A program made the position numbers and the translations under genes. From assembly GCA_049966155.1 (NCBI GenBank), contig JBMFVE010000001.1, forward strand, positions 223,831 to 287,830: 64,000 nt of DNA, in the 5' to 3' direction. Origin of the DNA: Candidatus Kryptoniota bacterium. Lineage in GTDB: Bacteria > Bacteroidota > Ignavibacteria > Kryptoniales > JAKASW01. The notes under the pieces were generated by a model. The model was not told where the DNA came from and did not search any database. It was given only the letters and a program-made list of their open reading frames with translations. How positions within the stretch are numbered: position 1 is the stretch's first letter; every line of letters begins with the position of its first letter. This document shows, piece by piece, positions 60,340 to 64,000 of this stretch.

Positions 60340-61763
60340 TAAATTGGACTTCCATCTTTGGGTTGCTCACTCACATCAACAATTGCCGCAGTCATTTCAG
60401 CCTCGGCTACAAGGACACCGTCAACAAAGGCCTTTCCAACCATGGTGGCTACTTTACTTCGTCTGGCAACCAGGTCAACCTGCATTAGCAACTGGTCACC
60501 AGGAGAAACGGGCTTCCTGAATTTAACATTGTTTATTCCCATGAAGTAAACAAGTTTACCACCAGTATTCTCAACCCCGTTCAAGAGAAGTATGCCCCCT
60601 GTTTGAGCCATTGCCTCCACAATCAAAACACCAGGCATAACCGGCCTCTGGGGAAAGTGGCCCTGGAAAAACGGCTCGTTAGCTGTCACGTTTTTCAAAC
60701 CAACAACCCGCTCATCTAATTTGAAATCAACTATCTTGTCAACAAGAAGAAAAGGAAACCGATGAGGAAGGATCCTGTGAATTGCTTCGACATCAAATAC
60801 AATTCCCTCCTTTTTTTGAAATTGATATTTCTTTACCAGTTTCTTTTGATGATAGAGCTTACGTATCTTTTTTGCAAATTCCACATTGTGCAAATGACCT
60901 GGACGCGCGGCAAGTATCTGCGCCTTCATGGGAGCTCCAACAAGAGCCAGATCACCGAGAAGGTCAAGGAGTTTATGCCGTGCAGGTTCGTTTTTATAAC
61001 GCAGGGTTTTGTTGTTAAGTATCCCTGACGAACCGAGTATGATTGACCCATTTATTTCAAGCTTCTTTGCAAGCCTTTTCAGTTCATCCTCACTCATTTC
61101 ATCGTCAACGATGACTATGGCATTATCTAGATTTCCCCCTTTAATTAAACCCTGTTCGTGAAGCTGCTCGACTTCTTTTAAAAAACAGAAAGTCCTCGCA
61201 CCGGCAAAGTCTTTTACAAATTCTTCTTCAAGAGAAAATAATCCTGTGTGCTGACTTCCAAGGGCAGGATTCTTATAATCAATCATTATTGTTATTCTAA
61301 AATTGTCGAGTGGAAGAGCAACCATTTGCACTTCTGCTTTCTCATTTAAATATTCAACAGTCTGATCAATAATGAGGTAATCTTTCGGTGCATCCTGAGT
61401 TTCAAAACCGGCCTCGAGCAGGACATCTACATATGGTTTTGCACTACCATCGCCAACCGGCGGCTCAGGAGCATCCAGTTCAATTATGATGTTATCTATC
61501 TCAAGACCTGCTATTGCTGCAAGGACATGTTCGACAGTGTGAACTCTAACATCCCCAATTCCAAGCGTGGTGCCTCGCGATACGTCAACAACGTATTCTG
61601 CCAGTGAAGGTATCTCAGGCTTTCCACCCAAATCGACTCTCCTGAATATTACCCCTGTGTTTACAGGTGCAGGTAAGAAAGTCATTGTTGACTGACAGCC
61701 TGTATGGAGCCCGACACCGGAAAGAGAAACTGACCTTTGAATAGTACGCTGTTGTACCAACAT
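60339..61763 (-). CDS. lpxC/fabZ: Bifunctional UDP-3-O-acyl-GlcNAc deacetylase / 3-hydroxyacyl-ACP dehydratase (LpxC-FabZ fusion)
   Basis: 474 aa. The N-terminal part is LpxC (GVGLHTG..., HTVEHVLAA). The C-terminal part is a FabZ hot-dog (LPHRFPFLLVD...FFQGHFPQRPVMPGVL). Confidence 0.9.
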   Translation of the reverse strand: MLVQQRTIQRSVSLSGVGLHTGCQSTMTFLPAPVNTGVIFRRVDLGGKPEIPSLAEYVVDVSRGTTLGIGDVRVHTVEHVLAAIAGLEIDNIIIELDAPEPPVGDGSAKPYVDVLLEAGFETQDAPKDYLIIDQTVEYLNEKAEVQMVALPLDNFRITIMIDYKNPALGSQHTGLFSLEEEFVKDFAGARTFCFLKEVEQLHEQGLIKGGNLDNAIVIVDDEMSEDELKRLAKKLEINGSIILGSSGILNNKTLRYKNEPARHKLLDLLGDLALVGAPMKAQILAARPGHLHNVEFAKKIRKLYHQKKLVKKYQFQKKEGIVFDVEAIHRILPHRFPFLLVDKIVDFKLDERVVGLKNVTANEPFFQGHFPQRPVMPGVLIVEAMAQTGGILLLNGVENTGGKLVYFMGINNVKFRKPVSPGDQLLMQVDLVARRSKVATMVGKAFVDGVLVAEAEMTAAIVDVSEQPKDGSPI

Positions 61764-62804
61764 TTACATTTTACTCCTTAATTTCAGTTCTTCTAACTTT
61801 TTTTGCATCTCGCGAAATTCCTCAAGCAGCTTCGGTAGCATTCTTATTGCTCCTTCGATGCGACGGGCTTCATGAATTTCTTTGGCTGGATAGCCAAAGT
61901 AAGTTCTTCCACCCTCTAAAATTGACTTGGAGATTCCTGATTGAGCTGCAACAGTGGTATGATCAGCAATTTCAATATGACCAACAAACCCAACCTGACC
62001 GGCAATTACACAATATTTCCCTATCCTTGTACTTCCGGAAATCCCTGTCTGGGCTGCAACAACAGTATGCTCCCCAATCTCCACGTTATGGGCAACCTGT
62101 ACAAGATTGTCTATCTTAACCCCTCTCCCTATGCGGGTTTCACCCATAGTAGCTCGGTCAATTGTACAATTTGAACCTATTTCCACATCATCTTCTATAA
62201 CAACAACGCCAACTTGCGGAATCTTTTCATAGGTGCCGTCTTCCTTCTGAGCAAATCCGAATCCGTCACTCCCAATCACTGTACCACTATGAATTATTAC
62301 CCGATTTCCAACTCTACAACCATTGTAAATTGAAACATTTGGGTAAATGACAGAGTCATCACCAACTGTAACATTGCGTCCAATTACGGCACCATGAGAA
62401 ATTACAGTGCGATCACCTATCTTTGAGCCATCGGAAATCACGACAAAGGCCCCTATGCTGACATCCCGTCCAAGAATAGCTTTAGGAGAAATGTACGCTG
62501 AAGAATTTATCCCCCGGGGAAGTAATTCTTCCTGAGGTATGAGGACTTTTAATGCCTTAACAAACGCAACATACGGATCTTTGGTTCTCAGAAATACAAT
62601 GTCTTTCCGGGGTGATTTAAAATTTTCAGAGACAAAAATAGCCGATGCCCTGGTGGTCTGTACAAACTTTTCATACTTTGGATTTGCCAGAAAGGTTACA
62701 TCACCTTCTTTAGCTTCTTCAATTTTGGCAATTCCATATATTTCTAAATCGCCGTTCCCTTCAACTTCAGCACCAGTAAGCCTGGCAAGATTCGAAATTT
62801 TCAT
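61764..62804 (-). CDS. lpxD: UDP-3-O-acylglucosamine N-acyltransferase
   Basis: 346 aa with an LpxD N-terminal domain, a long hexapeptide left-handed helix and a C-terminal coiled tail. Confidence 0.9.
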   Translation of the reverse strand: MKISNLARLTGAEVEGNGDLEIYGIAKIEEAKEGDVTFLANPKYEKFVQTTRASAIFVSENFKSPRKDIVFLRTKDPYVAFVKALKVLIPQEELLPRGINSSAYISPKAILGRDVSIGAFVVISDGSKIGDRTVISHGAVIGRNVTVGDDSVIYPNVSIYNGCRVGNRVIIHSGTVIGSDGFGFAQKEDGTYEKIPQVGVVVIEDDVEIGSNCTIDRATMGETRIGRGVKIDNLVQVAHNVEIGEHTVVAAQTGISGSTRIGKYCVIAGQVGFVGHIEIADHTTVAAQSGISKSILEGGRTYFGYPAKEIHEARRIEGAIRMLPKLLEEFREMQKKLEELKLRSKM

Positions 62805-63358
62805 TTCCCTTGTGGAGTAGCAGTCGCCGCAGGCGTTTTTAACTTATCAAGAACCTTTTGAGTGAGGTCATACTGGTCGTTAGCGTACATTAAAAGTATT
62901 TGACCACTCTTGTCAAATATGTAATCGTACTTTAACTCTTTTGCCACATCCTGTATCGCTTTAAAAATTTTTTCCTGTACCGGGCGCATTATTTCATTTT
63001 GCCTTTGAAAAAGTTCGCCATTCTGCCCAAACTTCTGGTTACGGTAATCAACAATCTTTTTTTGCATGTCGGAAAGTTTTTGTTCTTCCTGTGCCCTTTG
63101 CTGTTCAGGAAGTATTAACCGCTGGCGTTGGTACTGATCAGCTTCCTGTTGGAACTGATTTTGCATTTTGTTGAGGTCCGCCTGCCATTGGGCAACCAGT
63201 GCGTCCAGCTTAGACTGTGCCTCTACCGCTTCGGGAAGTTGTTTCATTATCTCCTGAGTATCAATCCAGCCAATCTTTTGTTGTGCATATGATAATGGAA
63301 CAGTATAAGCAGCAAGCGTAACCATAAATATCAAGAAAGCAACTCTTACAATTCTCAT
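62801..63358 (-). CDS. skp: OmpH/Skp-family periplasmic chaperone
   Basis: 185 aa with a signal peptide and a Gln/Lys-rich coiled region. It lies between lpxD and bamA, as is canonical. Confidence 0.8.
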   Translation of the reverse strand: MRIVRVAFLIFMVTLAAYTVPLSYAQQKIGWIDTQEIMKQLPEAVEAQSKLDALVAQWQADLNKMQNQFQQEADQYQRQRLILPEQQRAQEEQKLSDMQKKIVDYRNQKFGQNGELFQRQNEIMRPVQEKIFKAIQDVAKELKYDYIFDKSGQILLMYANDQYDLTQKVLDKLKTPAATATPQGK

Positions 63359-63361
63359 TTT

Positions 63362-63913
63362 TTACCTGCCCTGCCTGTTTAAGACATCAAGAACTTTATA
63401 AGTTAAATCAAACTGTGGATCGGCATAAAGTATAATCGCTATCTCATCCCGCTTATCAAACACAAACTGCATCTTTTGCTCCTTTGCAACCTGTGCTATC
63501 ACACCGTATACCTTATCCCTGATCGGCTTCAAAAGTATTTCACGCTGCTGTTCGAGCTCACCGCCCTGTCCAATTTTTGACTGACGATAGTTATAAATAT
63601 TTTGTTGCAGTTGAGCCAGTTCCTGCTGGGCCTGCTGTTTTGCCTGGTCAGTCATCATTTGTGCTTGTTTGGTATAATTATCGAGCTTCGCCTGGTAAGC
63701 TTTTGTCATCTGATCAAGAGTGTCACTCCACGCCTTCATCATTGCATCAAGTTTGCGCTGGGCAGCCTGAGCTGCAGGAAGCTGATCTAAAATGGTCCCC
63801 GAATTCACATAGCCTATTTTCAACGGCTCTTCCTTTGGAGAATATGCAAACATAAATCCCAAAGCTGATATAATCACTGCCGCTGACAACAATACGATTG
63901 ATTTCTCCTTCAC
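63362..63913 (-). CDS. skp: OmpH/Skp-family periplasmic chaperone, second tandem paralog
   Basis: 183 aa with the same architecture as its neighbour. GTG start. Confidence 0.8.
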   Translation of the reverse strand: MKEKSIVLLSAAVIISALGFMFAYSPKEEPLKIGYVNSGTILDQLPAAQAAQRKLDAMMKAWSDTLDQMTKAYQAKLDNYTKQAQMMTDQAKQQAQQELAQLQQNIYNYRQSKIGQGGELEQQREILLKPIRDKVYGVIAQVAKEQKMQFVFDKRDEIAIILYADPQFDLTYKVLDVLNRQGR

Positions 63914-63952
63914 TTTTAACCTCTTATTTTAGTTGTATGAATCCATTTTTGT

Positions 63953-64000
63953 TTAAAAACTTCTACCGAATTGGAAATGAAAGTGCCATCCTGATGGCCC
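63953..64000 (-). CDS. bamA: C-terminal 15 codons of an outer-membrane beta-barrel protein, probably BamA; the gene starts beyond the right edge
   Basis: My minus-strand translation is GPSGWHFHFQFGRSF-stop. It has an aromatic-rich terminal beta-strand ending in Phe and sits directly upstream of skp-skp-lpxD. Confidence 0.5.
   Translation of the reverse strand, partial: GPSGWHFHFQFGRSF

Overview
This is a 64-kb chromosomal segment of a moderately AT-rich Gram-negative bacterium. Several traits suggest an FCB-group organism (Ignavibacteria/Bacteroidota/Chlorobi-like), though this is inference only: an lpxC-fabZ fusion, the bamA-skp-skp-lpxD-lpxC/fabZ-lpxA order, bshC, rpoN, many genes without a Shine-Dalgarno, and a Bacteroidetes-like -7 promoter element. 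About 55 tightly packed genes are present, nearly all housekeeping and nearly all on the minus strand. They include ligA (partial), a RodZ-like gene, an RsbU/RsbV/RsbW-type partner-switching module, clpC, one tRNA(CAU), gpmA, hslVU, rpoN, a trpD-corC-trpC-trpF-trpB cluster, bshC and aroA. They also include four aminoacyl-tRNA synthetase genes (glnS, gltX, lysS, trpS), a sigma-54-type two-component system, scpAB, panB and lipid A genes. I saw no rRNA, CRISPR array, transposase or integrase. The one exception in strand and function is a five-gene plus-strand operon at 29.6-34.4 kb. It encodes lexA, a DUF72 protein, a degenerate RecA/KaiC-fold protein, a 97-aa orphan, and an archaeal-type family-B DNA polymerase. 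The polymerase has lost the exonuclease acidic residues and has altered motifs B and C. A perfect 7-2-7 palindrome overlaps the predicted promoter of this operon. I interpret the operon as a candidate LexA-controlled, PolB-based damage-tolerance/mutagenesis cassette that I do not recognise as a described system. Its logic parallels imuA-imuB-dnaE2. All functional calls rest on by-eye motif recognition from the supplied translations; no database search or computation was possible.
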